Virus record (IMG/VR): IMGVR_UViG_3300033150_001569
Coordinates: 1 to 64,000 of that record
Reading direction: 5' to 3' (one strand)
From: a virus
DNA length: 64,000 nucleotides
Position 1 is the stretch's first letter; every line of letters begins with the position of its first letter. Positions 48,057 through 57,580 of the stretch are shown here, piece after piece. Made by a program: the position numbers and the translations under genes. The notes beneath the pieces were generated by a model, which was given only the letters and a program-made list of their open reading frames with translations, made no database searches and had not been told where the DNA came from.

Positions 48057-49527
48057 GTTAAATTATTTACCTATTCAAAAAATATTAAATAGTGATATTA
48101 ATATTAAGAAAACAGATAATAATTTTAATTGTAAATCTTCTTATGACAATTGGAAAACTGAAAATTTAAGTACAGATACAATATTAAACCAAATTAAACA
48201 AATAATTTCTGAAGATGAAAGATTTAGTAAATATAATTATGTTGCAATTTTAGATTATAATTCAAAATTAGAAGAATATTTTCTTAATAAAGAATTATAT
48301 AATACAATATTTTATTCAAATATTTTTCAGAAAAAATATGAAGATAATATAGTTTTAAAGTTTTTTAAATATTTTGGTGATGATTTTGCTGCTCAATTAA
48401 CTAGTTTTCAATTAAATTATAATGATGATATTTTATTATTATTTTTTAATGATAAAGAAATAATTTATAAAACTTTTTTTGAAGAAAGTAAATTTGAAAT
48501 TGATTATGGTAATTATCAATTATTGTTAACTCCTTTTGGTTATATTCTTGAAAAATTTAAAATAGGTAAAAATATTCAACCAATTTTAAATGAAAATATT
48601 TTTGATGATTTAAAAGAAGAAATTGATACTTTCTTTGAAAGTGAAGATTTTTATTTAAATGATGATAAAATATCAAGTGATTATAAGTCAGGTATTTTAA
48701 TTCCTGGACCTCCAGGAAGTGGTAAGAGTTTATCAATAAAATATCTTTTAAGTACTATTAAAGATTCATATAATATTTTTATGGATTCAGCCGATTTTTC
48801 TAGATCATTATATAATTTTATTAAAGGTAATTTTGATAATAATAAAAAGAAAATTTTTGTTGTAGAAGATATAGATAGTTTACATGAGTACGATAGATCA
48901 GGGTTTTTGAACTTTATGGACGGGTGCAAAACACTTAACAAGATTTTATTTATTGCTACAACTAATTATCCTAAAAAAGTAGATGAAGCATTAAAAGATA
49001 GACCTAGTAGATTTGATAAAATTGTAAGAATAGGATTTCCTTATTTTGAAACAAGAACTAAATTTTTAAAATATTATTTTCCAGAATTAAGTAATGAACA
49101 ATTAATTGATTATGCTGATAAAACTAAGGGATATACAGGATCATATTATAAATATTTATATGAATTACATAAAAAAAGAAAAATATCAGTAGAAGAAGCA
49201 ATTAAAAGAATAGAACATCAAAAAAGTATTTGTTGTGAAACATTTGAATATGATTTAGAAAATAATGATGATACTAAAGAAAGATATATAGAATCAATAA
49301 CGAAATCTATTCCAAAACCTAAAAATACTGAACAAGAACCAAAATGTGTTGAAGATGAAATAATAAATAAATTAAGAAATAAGGTTCCTAGAAAACCTGG
49401 TGAAAGTATTGATGATTGTGTTAGTAGAAATATTCCAATTATAAGAGAAGAATTTCCTGATATGGAAATGGATCAAGTAATTGCTATTGCTTATCAAACT
49501 TGTAAAAAACCTCCAGAAAAAGAATAA
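48049..49527 (+). CDS. AAA+ ATPase with head-protein-type C-terminal motif
   Basis: GPPGSGKS, VVEDID, FLNFMDG, ATTNYP..VDEALKDRPSRFD; C-terminal KPGESIDDCVSR..EFPD..QVIAIAY. Confidence 0.85.
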   Translation: MNKLNYLPIQKILNSDINIKKTDNNFNCKSSYDNWKTENLSTDTILNQIKQIISEDERFSKYNYVAILDYNSKLEEYFLNKELYNTIFYSNIFQKKYEDNIVLKFFKYFGDDFAAQLTSFQLNYNDDILLLFFNDKEIIYKTFFEESKFEIDYGNYQLLLTPFGYILEKFKIGKNIQPILNENIFDDLKEEIDTFFESEDFYLNDDKISSDYKSGILIPGPPGSGKSLSIKYLLSTIKDSYNIFMDSADFSRSLYNFIKGNFDNNKKKIFVVEDIDSLHEYDRSGFLNFMDGCKTLNKILFIATTNYPKKVDEALKDRPSRFDKIVRIGFPYFETRTKFLKYYFPELSNEQLIDYADKTKGYTGSYYKYLYELHKKRKISVEEAIKRIEHQKSICCETFEYDLENNDDTKERYIESITKSIPKPKNTEQEPKCVEDEIINKLRNKVPRKPGESIDDCVSRNIPIIREEFPDMEMDQVIAIAYQTCKKPPEKE

Positions 49528-49568
49528 TCTATATTATTTAATTCATTAAATAAATCTTAATAAAATCA

Positions 49569-49588
49569 ATTCTAAAATAGAAAATTCT
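49569..49588 (+). promoter_or_regulatory. candidate late promoter/operator motif copy
   Basis: ATTCTAAAATAGAAAATTCT upstream of the protease gene. Confidence 0.5.
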
Positions 49589-49640
49589 TAAAACAATTAT
49601 GATATATTTGTATGTATAAATTTATTAAGGATGAATTAAA

Positions 49641-51764
49641 ATGAAGATGAATATAAAATTTAATTTTGATGTAAAAATAAATAAATTTTTTTCTCTTGAA
49701 ACAGATGGTGAAAAAATTGAAGGTGTTCCAAAAAATTCTTGGATCATAGAAGGATATGCAGCTACATCACATTATGATACTCAAGGCGATATAATAAAAC
49801 CTGATGCGTTAAAAGAAGTTGAATCTAGTTTATTACAAAATTCTACTGTTTTATATAATCATGATCCTGATGAAGAAATTGGTAAAATTGTTCATAGTGA
49901 ATTTACTAATAAAGGATTGTTAGTAAAAGTAATGATTAGCAAAACAAGAGAAGATATTTGGACTAAAATAAAAGAAGGAGTTCTTAATAAATTTTCTATT
50001 GCTGGTATTTGTTTGGAATCAAAAGAGGAATATATAGAAGAATTAAGAAATTTTGTACATGTTATATATAAATTAAGAATTGATGAAGTTTCTATAGTTC
50101 CTATTCCAGCAAATCCTAAAGCAGAAGCAATTGCATGGTATATTTCTAAAGCAATTGATGAATATAGAAATAATTTACAAACTAAAGAAATAAGAATTGA
50201 TGATGCTCCTTCATTTAAAGTAACAAAATCATATGAAGATGAAAATGATAATAATTTTTATATTGAAGGATTTGCTTCAACTACAGATATTGATAAAGAT
50301 GATGAAATGTTTAGTGCTAGTGCAATGATTGGTATAAGGGATGGATTAATAAAAAATCCAACTGTATTTTATAACCATGATACTAATTATCCTATTGGAG
50401 CAGTAAAACAAGCAGAAATAAAAGAAAAAGATGGAAAATATGGTGTTTGGGTAAAAATATTAATAAGTAAAACAGAAGAAACTATTATTACTAAAATAAA
50501 AGAAGGTATTTTAACAGGTCTTTCTATTGGTGGTAAAGCAGTTGCAGCTTTTCAAGAATTTAGTGAAAAAATAGGTCGTGCAATTGATATAGTTACTAGA
50601 TTTTTATGTTATGAGGTATCATTAGTTGGTATTCCTTCAAATGATAATGCAAGAGCATTAGATTATTATATTTCTAAAGCATTTAAAATAAATAAAAAAT
50701 ATAATAAAGATGATAAAAAAATTAATAAAATAGAAAAAACATTATCAAATATGTTACAAAATTATATTTTATATAATTTAAATAGTGAAAATAAAAATGA
50801 AAGATTAACTGCACAATCACAAGCAATAGAATCTATTAATGGTATTATAGAATATTTAAATCAAGCTGCTGAAATTAATGAAGAAAATTTACTTCCTTAT
50901 CCATATCCAGAAGCAGTTCCTAATAAAATTTCGTTATCAATATCTGAAATAACGTCTTCATTAATTGGATTTTTAATTAATTATGATCAAGTTGTTCCAC
51001 AAGGATTATCAGCTAGATTAAAAAGAGATTTATATTCTTTAACTGAAAAAATAAATGAATTAAAAGATCCATCATTATCAGATGGTGATGATATTATTGA
51101 TTTTAAAAATTTAAATTTCAAAAATTTAATAGAAAAATCAAAAAGTTATAAACCTAAAAAAGATGAAATTGATAGTGAATTACATACAGTTAAAGTAAAA
51201 GTTGATGAAAGTGAAAAAGAAGAATTAATTAATTTAATTAATAAAGCTAAAGATAATCTTGAAAAAGAAATTCATGAAAAATTAAATAAAAATAATAATT
51301 CAGTTAGAGAAGATTTATTAGAACAAATTAAAAATTTAAAATTAGAATTAAAAGATTTAAATAAAGAATTTAAAGAAGTTATGAATTATTCTGATGAAAA
51401 TCTTAGAAAGAAATCTGTGGAAATAGATGAAAAGATTGAGAAAAATCAAAATAATTTTATAGAAACATTAACAAAAATCAATTCTAAAATAGAAAAATTC
51501 TCTACTGATATAGAAAATAAGTTCAAAGATATAGATAATCATTCTCATAAAGAATTTAAATCATTAGAAGATAATATTAATTCATTTAAAGAAGATAATA
51601 ATAAATTAGATGATCGTATAAAAGAATTAGAGAATGATGGTGGGTTTTCAAAAAGTATAGATGGTCAAGAAATTAAGAAAAAAATAAATCAAGAAAAAAA
51701 TCAAGAATTGAATTGGTTTGAACAATCTGTTTTAAGTAATTCAAATAAAGTAAGTTCTGAGTAA
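49641..51764 (+). CDS. prohead protease (two HK97-type domains) fused to scaffold-like coiled coil
   Basis: two copies of IEG.A.T...D..., YNHD..IG, S.GG/SIAG, EVS.V.IP.N; heptad-rich C-terminus. Confidence 0.88.
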   Translation: MKMNIKFNFDVKINKFFSLETDGEKIEGVPKNSWIIEGYAATSHYDTQGDIIKPDALKEVESSLLQNSTVLYNHDPDEEIGKIVHSEFTNKGLLVKVMISKTREDIWTKIKEGVLNKFSIAGICLESKEEYIEELRNFVHVIYKLRIDEVSIVPIPANPKAEAIAWYISKAIDEYRNNLQTKEIRIDDAPSFKVTKSYEDENDNNFYIEGFASTTDIDKDDEMFSASAMIGIRDGLIKNPTVFYNHDTNYPIGAVKQAEIKEKDGKYGVWVKILISKTEETIITKIKEGILTGLSIGGKAVAAFQEFSEKIGRAIDIVTRFLCYEVSLVGIPSNDNARALDYYISKAFKINKKYNKDDKKINKIEKTLSNMLQNYILYNLNSENKNERLTAQSQAIESINGIIEYLNQAAEINEENLLPYPYPEAVPNKISLSISEITSSLIGFLINYDQVVPQGLSARLKRDLYSLTEKINELKDPSLSDGDDIIDFKNLNFKNLIEKSKSYKPKKDEIDSELHTVKVKVDESEKEELINLINKAKDNLEKEIHEKLNKNNNSVREDLLEQIKNLKLELKDLNKEFKEVMNYSDENLRKKSVEIDEKIEKNQNNFIETLTKINSKIEKFSTDIENKFKDIDNHSHKEFKSLEDNINSFKEDNNKLDDRIKELENDGGFSKSIDGQEIKKKINQEKNQELNWFEQSVLSNSNKVSSE
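51481..51505 (+). promoter_or_regulatory. candidate late motif embedded in coding sequence upstream of MCP
   Basis: ATTCTAAAATAGAAAAATTCTCTAC, 24/25 identical to 35417. Confidence 0.5.
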
Positions 51765-51836
51765 AAGTTTCACAATTTCCCCCACAAATTGTGAATTTAT
51801 AGTAAATGAAAAATAAATTATTAAAGGGAGATACAA

Positions 51837-53138
51837 ATGAACGAAAAATTTAAAAAAGCTGGTAGCGTTCTTGATACTGCTGGATTAGGTGTTGGTGCAT
51901 TAAATCCAAAACAGCAAGAAGCATTTATAATGATGGTGTGGGATAAGAGTATTCTTTTAAAGATGGCTCGTCATGAGACAGTATCACAAGCTAAAACAGA
52001 AATAGAAAAAATGTGGATTGGTGAACCTGTTACTGAAGCAGTTGGAGAAGGAATTGATTCAGGTAATTTATCTAGTCCTCAGTTTTCAAAAATTGATATT
52101 TATTGTAAAAAATTGCGTAGTGCATGGTCATTGAATTATGAAGTATTGCAGGAAGCTATTAATCAGAAAAAAGTACAAAGTGATATTATGAATGCTATGA
52201 CAACTCGTATTGCATCTGATTTGGAAATGCTTTCTATTCAGGGTGATGATAGTCTTACTGGAACTAATGCAAGACAGAGATTGTTAAAAAGATGTGATGG
52301 TTTCTTGAAACAAGCTGAAGAAGCTCATATTGTTGATGTTGCTGGTGGAAATATTCATAAAAAAGTTTTTGCACAAGCATTGAGAAGTATGCCTGATCAA
52401 TATTTAGAAGATCCTCAAATGAAATTTTTCTGTTCTCCTTCAATTTATATTGATTATGCAGACTTAGTAGCTGATAGGGTATCTGGATATGGTGATGAAA
52501 CCTTGTCTGGAAAATCTCCTCTTCAAGTTTATGGTGTTCCTATTGCTCGTATTCCATTAATTCCTAGTTCTCTTCCTGTAGTTGTTTCTGGTGCTAGTGC
52601 TGGTCAGTGTGTTGGTACTGAATATCAATTGTTTATTATTACTGCTGGAAGTAATGATAAATTATTGCTTAATATTGATGCAGGTACTGATCGTACTGTT
52701 ACTTTAACTGCTGGTCAAAGAACTGCTGCTCAAATTGCTGCTGATATCAATGCTGCTCATGCTGATCTTGATGGAGTAGCAAGTGTTGTTAATGATGATG
52801 CTGGATCAAAAATTGTTTTAAAATCAAAAACTACTGGTGCAAGTTCTAGTGTTCAAATTAAAACTGTTGCTGATGATGCATATACTGAACTTGGTTTAAC
52901 AGTTGGTACTTATAGTGGTGCTGCTGCTTCTGGTACTGTATATGAAGGAAGTAAGATTCTTCTTACTAATCCACAGAATTTGATTGCTGTAATGCTTGAT
53001 AAAACTCGTATATTGAAAGAATTCATCAATAGAAATGACAGATGGGAATTTACTATTTATAATCAAGTAGATTACAAAATCGAAAATCTTGAAGCTCTCG
53101 TAATGATTAAGAATGTAAGAAAAAGAAGTTTAGTATAA
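51837..53138 (+). CDS. major capsid protein (HK97 fold) with inserted domain
   Basis: position after protease; G.LNP.Q..FI, DLEML.IQGD, DGFLK, MPDQY, LTNPQNLI; strong RBS; terminator after. Confidence 0.88.
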   Translation: MNEKFKKAGSVLDTAGLGVGALNPKQQEAFIMMVWDKSILLKMARHETVSQAKTEIEKMWIGEPVTEAVGEGIDSGNLSSPQFSKIDIYCKKLRSAWSLNYEVLQEAINQKKVQSDIMNAMTTRIASDLEMLSIQGDDSLTGTNARQRLLKRCDGFLKQAEEAHIVDVAGGNIHKKVFAQALRSMPDQYLEDPQMKFFCSPSIYIDYADLVADRVSGYGDETLSGKSPLQVYGVPIARIPLIPSSLPVVVSGASAGQCVGTEYQLFIITAGSNDKLLLNIDAGTDRTVTLTAGQRTAAQIAADINAAHADLDGVASVVNDDAGSKIVLKSKTTGASSSVQIKTVADDAYTELGLTVGTYSGAAASGTVYEGSKILLTNPQNLIAVMLDKTRILKEFINRNDRWEFTIYNQVDYKIENLEALVMIKNVRKRSLV

Positions 53139-53193
53139 TTTAGTCTCCCTTTTGGGGGATAATCTGTAACATAATGCAATAATGTATATAACC

Positions 53194-53230
53194 AAAAGGG
53201 GAATGATTATAAAATCATTCCCCTTTTTTT
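53194..53230 (+). terminator. intrinsic terminator after MCP
   Basis: AAAAGGGGAATGATT-ATAA-AATCATTCCCCTTTT + T run. Confidence 0.85.
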
Positions 53231-53263
53231 ATGTATGATAATAACGAATTTAAAGGAGATATT

Positions 53264-53830
53264 ATGAAGTTTGTTTTGAAAAAAGGTCAATCATATTCTA
53301 CTATTTGTCCATCTGGAACTAGATATAAATTTTATAAAGATCAAGATGGTAAATCAATTCCAGTTGAAGTTGAAAAGAAAGAAGATATTGAAAGATTAAA
53401 AGAATTAGATGAATTTGTTGCAATTTTAGGTCAAGAAAATATTAAAAAAGAATCTAAACCTATTTCAGTTGCTACAATAAAACCTATGGAAAATTCAATA
53501 GAAGCACCAAAACCAAATGGAAAAATAGAAGAAATTGAAAATGAAAAAATTGAAAATAAAGGAACAAAAACAATTGTTACAATGAAACCAGAAGAAACTC
53601 CTATGTCTATGAATGAAAATGATATAGTTGAAAAAACTGATAATAATAAAATTCATTCTAAAATAGAATTGGAAGAAGATGAAGAAAAACTTAGTCCAAA
53701 AGATATTGAGAAAAAAGAAATAAATGAAGGTAATAAAATTGCTATGAAAACTCCTACTAAAGTTAATTTTGATGAATTAAAAGACGATTTTGTTGATTTA
53801 AAAGATAACAAAAATAAGAAAGATAAATAA
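53264..53830 (+). CDS. hypothetical virion-module protein
   Basis: RBS AAGGAG before ATG 53264; charged low-complexity C-terminus. Confidence 0.5.
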   Translation: MKFVLKKGQSYSTICPSGTRYKFYKDQDGKSIPVEVEKKEDIERLKELDEFVAILGQENIKKESKPISVATIKPMENSIEAPKPNGKIEEIENEKIENKGTKTIVTMKPEETPMSMNENDIVEKTDNNKIHSKIELEEDEEKLSPKDIEKKEINEGNKIAMKTPTKVNFDELKDDFVDLKDNKNKKDK

Positions 53831-54709
53831 ATGATTTTTGTAACTGAAAAATTTAGATATTGCAATATTCCTCAATTACAAGATGAAGGAATGGATACTG
53901 ATTTAACAGATGCACAAGTACTTAAAATTATTGAAGCAGCAAGTAAATTAATTAATAGAATGACTGATCAATGGTTTTATCCAATTGAAACAACTTTTAA
54001 ACAAATTGAAGAAGGTTGTAATATTATTACTCTTCCTAATTTAATTCCTATTATTAAATTAAATAATGTTAAAATTGATGATGATGAAATTGATTCAGAA
54101 TCATATAATTTTGATATGGTTAATTTAACTACTATTGAACAACAAAGAATAATTAAATATAAAAATTTTAATACTGAATTTGTAGGGGAATTATCTATAG
54201 ATGGTATTTTTGGTTATTTAGAAAGAAGATCTTATAATGAAACAACAACTTCAACTGCTGTTAATAGTAGCAGTACTAATGTAACAGTTGTTGATGCTAG
54301 TAAATTTAAAGTTAATGATGTATTAATTTTTGATGATGGTGTTAATGATAAATTTAAAACTATTTGTACACAAGTAGATAAATCTGGTAATAAATTATAT
54401 TTTGCAGATGTAGATGATGAGACTGAAATAGATAGTGGAGCTAAAGTATATAGATATGGTCAAGTACCTACTTTAATTAATCGTGCATGTAAAATATTAG
54501 TTTTAAGAAGTCTTTTTGAATTAGCTAGTGAAAATTTAGAAGAACAAGATTTAGCTAATAGATTAATTTCTGAAACAACTGATAGATATTCTTATAGATT
54601 ATCACCTAATGGTTCTGGAGAAGGTGGTGCAAATTATAGTACTGGAATAACTGAAGTTGATAGAATATTAACTCAATTTACACCACCACCATTAGTGAAA
54701 GGAATATAA
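53831..54709 (+). CDS. head-tail adaptor/connector
   Basis: Y....L..EG, IEAASKLINRMTDQWF, VP.LI.RAC, SETTDRYSY, TG..EVDRIL; position. Confidence 0.65.
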   Translation: MIFVTEKFRYCNIPQLQDEGMDTDLTDAQVLKIIEAASKLINRMTDQWFYPIETTFKQIEEGCNIITLPNLIPIIKLNNVKIDDDEIDSESYNFDMVNLTTIEQQRIIKYKNFNTEFVGELSIDGIFGYLERRSYNETTTSTAVNSSSTNVTVVDASKFKVNDVLIFDDGVNDKFKTICTQVDKSGNKLYFADVDDETEIDSGAKVYRYGQVPTLINRACKILVLRSLFELASENLEEQDLANRLISETTDRYSYRLSPNGSGEGGANYSTGITEVDRILTQFTPPPLVKGI

Positions 54710-54710
54710 A

Positions 54711-55085
54711 ATGAATTTTGATTCAAATGTAAATTATAATAAATGGGAAGGTAATGAAGAAGAAGTAGTATTAACACTTAATGGAAGTAAGCAAAATATT
54801 AAAGGTCAATGTTTAGATTATAATAATTTAATAATATATTTAGATTATGCAAAAAATAGTGAAACAAGCATAGATATTAAATTATTTATTAAACCAGATA
54901 ATAATGATAGTAGAAGATATGAACATCCAGTTAGTAAAAATATAACAACAGATGGATTATATAGATTAGAATGGGAAATTGCAAATGAAGAAAGAAATTT
55001 TGATTTAGAAGTTAAAGGAAATGGTGGAACTGGTGGAACATTAAAAGCTCGTTATTTAATGACTAATAAATATATTCATCAGTAA
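54711..55085 (+). CDS. hypothetical virion protein
   Basis: intact beta-rich ORF in the neck module. Confidence 0.45.
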   Translation: MNFDSNVNYNKWEGNEEEVVLTLNGSKQNIKGQCLDYNNLIIYLDYAKNSETSIDIKLFIKPDNNDSRRYEHPVSKNITTDGLYRLEWEIANEERNFDLEVKGNGGTGGTLKARYLMTNKYIHQ

Positions 55086-55100
55086 AAATAAAGATATAAA

Positions 55101-55526
55101 ATGACATATCCTAGACGTTATAATCCTGTGGAGATAAAAATAAAACAATTATCTCTAACTAAACCTAATATAGATCCTGATTTTCATGAACCTGTATCTG
55201 GAAAAGTTTATTCATCTCCTATTACAATTGAAGGACAAATTTTTTATATTTTTACAGAAGATAGAGATGGAATAACTACTGTTGGTGATAGAGAAGAAAC
55301 AGAAGGATATTTTGTAATTCGTAGAAAATATTTAATTGATAATAGTATTTTAAATCCTATCAATGAAGAACTTACTATTAAAAAAGGAGATATAGTTGTA
55401 GAAATAGCAAAAAGAATAGTATTTTATAAAATAATTAGAATAGATCCACATGGACATTTAAGAGGTAAGTCAAATACATATCATTTTTATTTTGAAGAAG
55501 TTAAAGAAGAAAGAGGAAGTGTTTAA
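55101..55526 (+). CDS. head-closure/stopper-like protein
   Basis: DPDFHEP, IKKGD.V, position in neck module. Confidence 0.5.
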   Translation: MTYPRRYNPVEIKIKQLSLTKPNIDPDFHEPVSGKVYSSPITIEGQIFYIFTEDRDGITTVGDREETEGYFVIRRKYLIDNSILNPINEELTIKKGDIVVEIAKRIVFYKIIRIDPHGHLRGKSNTYHFYFEEVKEERGSV

Positions 55527-55566
55527 ATATTTAAAAATAAATTTTAATTTTAAAAAAGGAGAAAAA

Positions 55567-57510
55567 ATGAAAAAATTAATTTTTGGATTAATGTTTAGTA
55601 TTTGCCTTATTTTTATTGCAAATACTGCATTAGCAACACCATTTTACACAAAAGGTACAAGAGAAATTTACACAATTTTTGACGAATTTGATGAAGTAAG
55701 AAGTAATTTAGAAACAGCTTTTGAAAATGTTAATAGTAATTTAGGAGCAGGACTTGCACTTAAAGAAGATATAGCAAATAAAGATCAACCAGATGGTTAT
55801 GCTGGCCTTGATTCAAGTGGTTATTTAAAGATTGCAGAACTTCCTGATGGATTTGGAAATGCTTATTATGTTAGAGATGATCAAGCAAATATGAATGCTA
55901 TTTCACTTCCAGTTGAAGGAAATATGTGTTTAGTATTAGATGATGGTGATGGAAAAAGAGCTGCGTATGTTTATCGTGGTGCTCCTACAAATTCATGGCA
56001 AAAAATATCAGATCCTGATTTTATCAATTTAGACTTAGATGCAGGAAATATTACAACTGGAACTTTAGATCTTGATAGACTTCCTTCTACTTTAACAGGA
56101 AAAGATGCTGATACAGTTGATGGAATTGAAGGTGCAGAAATTTTCAAACATGATGGTACCGTAGTAATGACAGGTGATTTAGAAATGAATGATTATAGTA
56201 TAAATAATGTAAATGCTACTTCAATTAATTTTACTTCAGGTAAAAAGATAGTAGCTGCTAAATTTGATTCTAGTGGGAATATTGAAGCTGAAACATTGGG
56301 AACAAAAAATATAAATACTATTGAAAGCGAAAGAGCTGCTGAAATTTTACAAGCAACACAAAGTAGAATATTTAAATTAGATTCTGTTAATGGAACTACT
56401 GCTGCATTAGGAGCAGATGGTTATTCAATACCATTTTCAAATATTAGCGAATTAATGACAGCTATTGAAACTGATATTCAAACAAGAATAACAGGTTCAG
56501 AAACTAGAAGTGATTGTAAATATCTTGTAGATATTGCTCCTGGTGTTTATACTGAAGATTTTGATATTCCAGCTTGTGCATTTTTACAAATTAATATGCC
56601 AGGTTCAGAATTAAGTGGTAATATTAATAGAACTGTTACACAAACAGGATTTGGTGGAGATTATTATTCAAAAATTGTTTTTAATGGTGGAGAAAGTCAT
56701 AGAGCAGAAAAAGGACATCAATCAATACTTTCTGGAGATTTATCAATATCAACTGCTGATGCTTCTAGTTATTTACATTATACTACTTTTAAAGGAATAG
56801 AATTATCAGGAGATATAACAGTTAATCATGGTGTAGATTTGATGATATTTGATCATTCAAGTCATTATACAAGTGGTAAAACTATTCTTGGAACTGGTGC
56901 AATATTGTTAGAAATGTTAAATAGATCAAGGATAAAAGCTACTTTAAGTGGTGATGTTGCTTGTTATAATTGTTTTGATAGCGAATTAAATAGTGTTAAT
57001 GTTACTCCAACTAATGATTCTAAATTTTATAATATGGAATTTAGTGGTAGTTTTACTATTGCTGCTGGTAATATTTATGTTGATGCTGTATCTCATAAAA
57101 GTTTAATGTCACAAACTCCTACTTTAACTGGTGCAACATTACAATATTTTGAAAGTGCTAGTAATATTGAAAATGATTCTGGTGTTAGTGGTACATTTGT
57201 AAAAGATGCATTAAATACATTAGATGGAAATTTTTCTAGTTATCTTAATCTTGCAGGTTCTGGAGTTATGACAGGTGATATTGATGCAGGTGGAAATTCT
57301 CTTACTAATGTTAATTTAGTAGATGGTATTGATGTTTCAGCTTCAGATGCAAAACAACAATCAGGTACTTCTAAACCTACTTGTGATGCATCTGTTAGAG
57401 GTTATATATATGTAACCGAAGGTGGTTCAAGTGTTGCTGATGCTGCTGAAATTTGTGTTAAAAATAGTTCTGATGTTTATGGATGGATTTCTATAGCAAC
57501 TATTCCTTAA
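55567..57510 (+). CDS. fibre/appendage-like protein with N-terminal signal peptide
   Basis: RBS AAGGAG; MKKLIFGLMFSICLIFIANTALA|; NKDQPDGYAGLDSSG and DADTVDG fibre motifs; Cys-containing C-terminal domain. Confidence 0.6.
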   Translation: MKKLIFGLMFSICLIFIANTALATPFYTKGTREIYTIFDEFDEVRSNLETAFENVNSNLGAGLALKEDIANKDQPDGYAGLDSSGYLKIAELPDGFGNAYYVRDDQANMNAISLPVEGNMCLVLDDGDGKRAAYVYRGAPTNSWQKISDPDFINLDLDAGNITTGTLDLDRLPSTLTGKDADTVDGIEGAEIFKHDGTVVMTGDLEMNDYSINNVNATSINFTSGKKIVAAKFDSSGNIEAETLGTKNINTIESERAAEILQATQSRIFKLDSVNGTTAALGADGYSIPFSNISELMTAIETDIQTRITGSETRSDCKYLVDIAPGVYTEDFDIPACAFLQINMPGSELSGNINRTVTQTGFGGDYYSKIVFNGGESHRAEKGHQSILSGDLSISTADASSYLHYTTFKGIELSGDITVNHGVDLMIFDHSSHYTSGKTILGTGAILLEMLNRSRIKATLSGDVACYNCFDSELNSVNVTPTNDSKFYNMEFSGSFTIAAGNIYVDAVSHKSLMSQTPTLTGATLQYFESASNIENDSGVSGTFVKDALNTLDGNFSSYLNLAGSGVMTGDIDAGGNSLTNVNLVDGIDVSASDAKQQSGTSKPTCDASVRGYIYVTEGGSSVADAAEICVKNSSDVYGWISIATIP

Positions 57511-57528
57511 CATTCAATTTTATATTTA

Positions 57529-57563
57529 TAGATGGTAGATTAATTTCTACCCTCTTTTTTTTT
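57529..57563 (+). terminator. intrinsic terminator (weak)
   Basis: GA(T)GGTAGA...TCTACC(C)TC followed by T9. Confidence 0.55.
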
Positions 57564-57580
57564 AAATTAGGAGTTTAAAA

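Noticed and set aside
51769-51795. Hairpin TTCACAATTT-CCCCCAC-AAATTGTGAA as a terminator
   Set aside because: AT-rich stem with a short U-tract directly before the MCP RBS; more likely an mRNA stabiliser or processing site, and not supportable further
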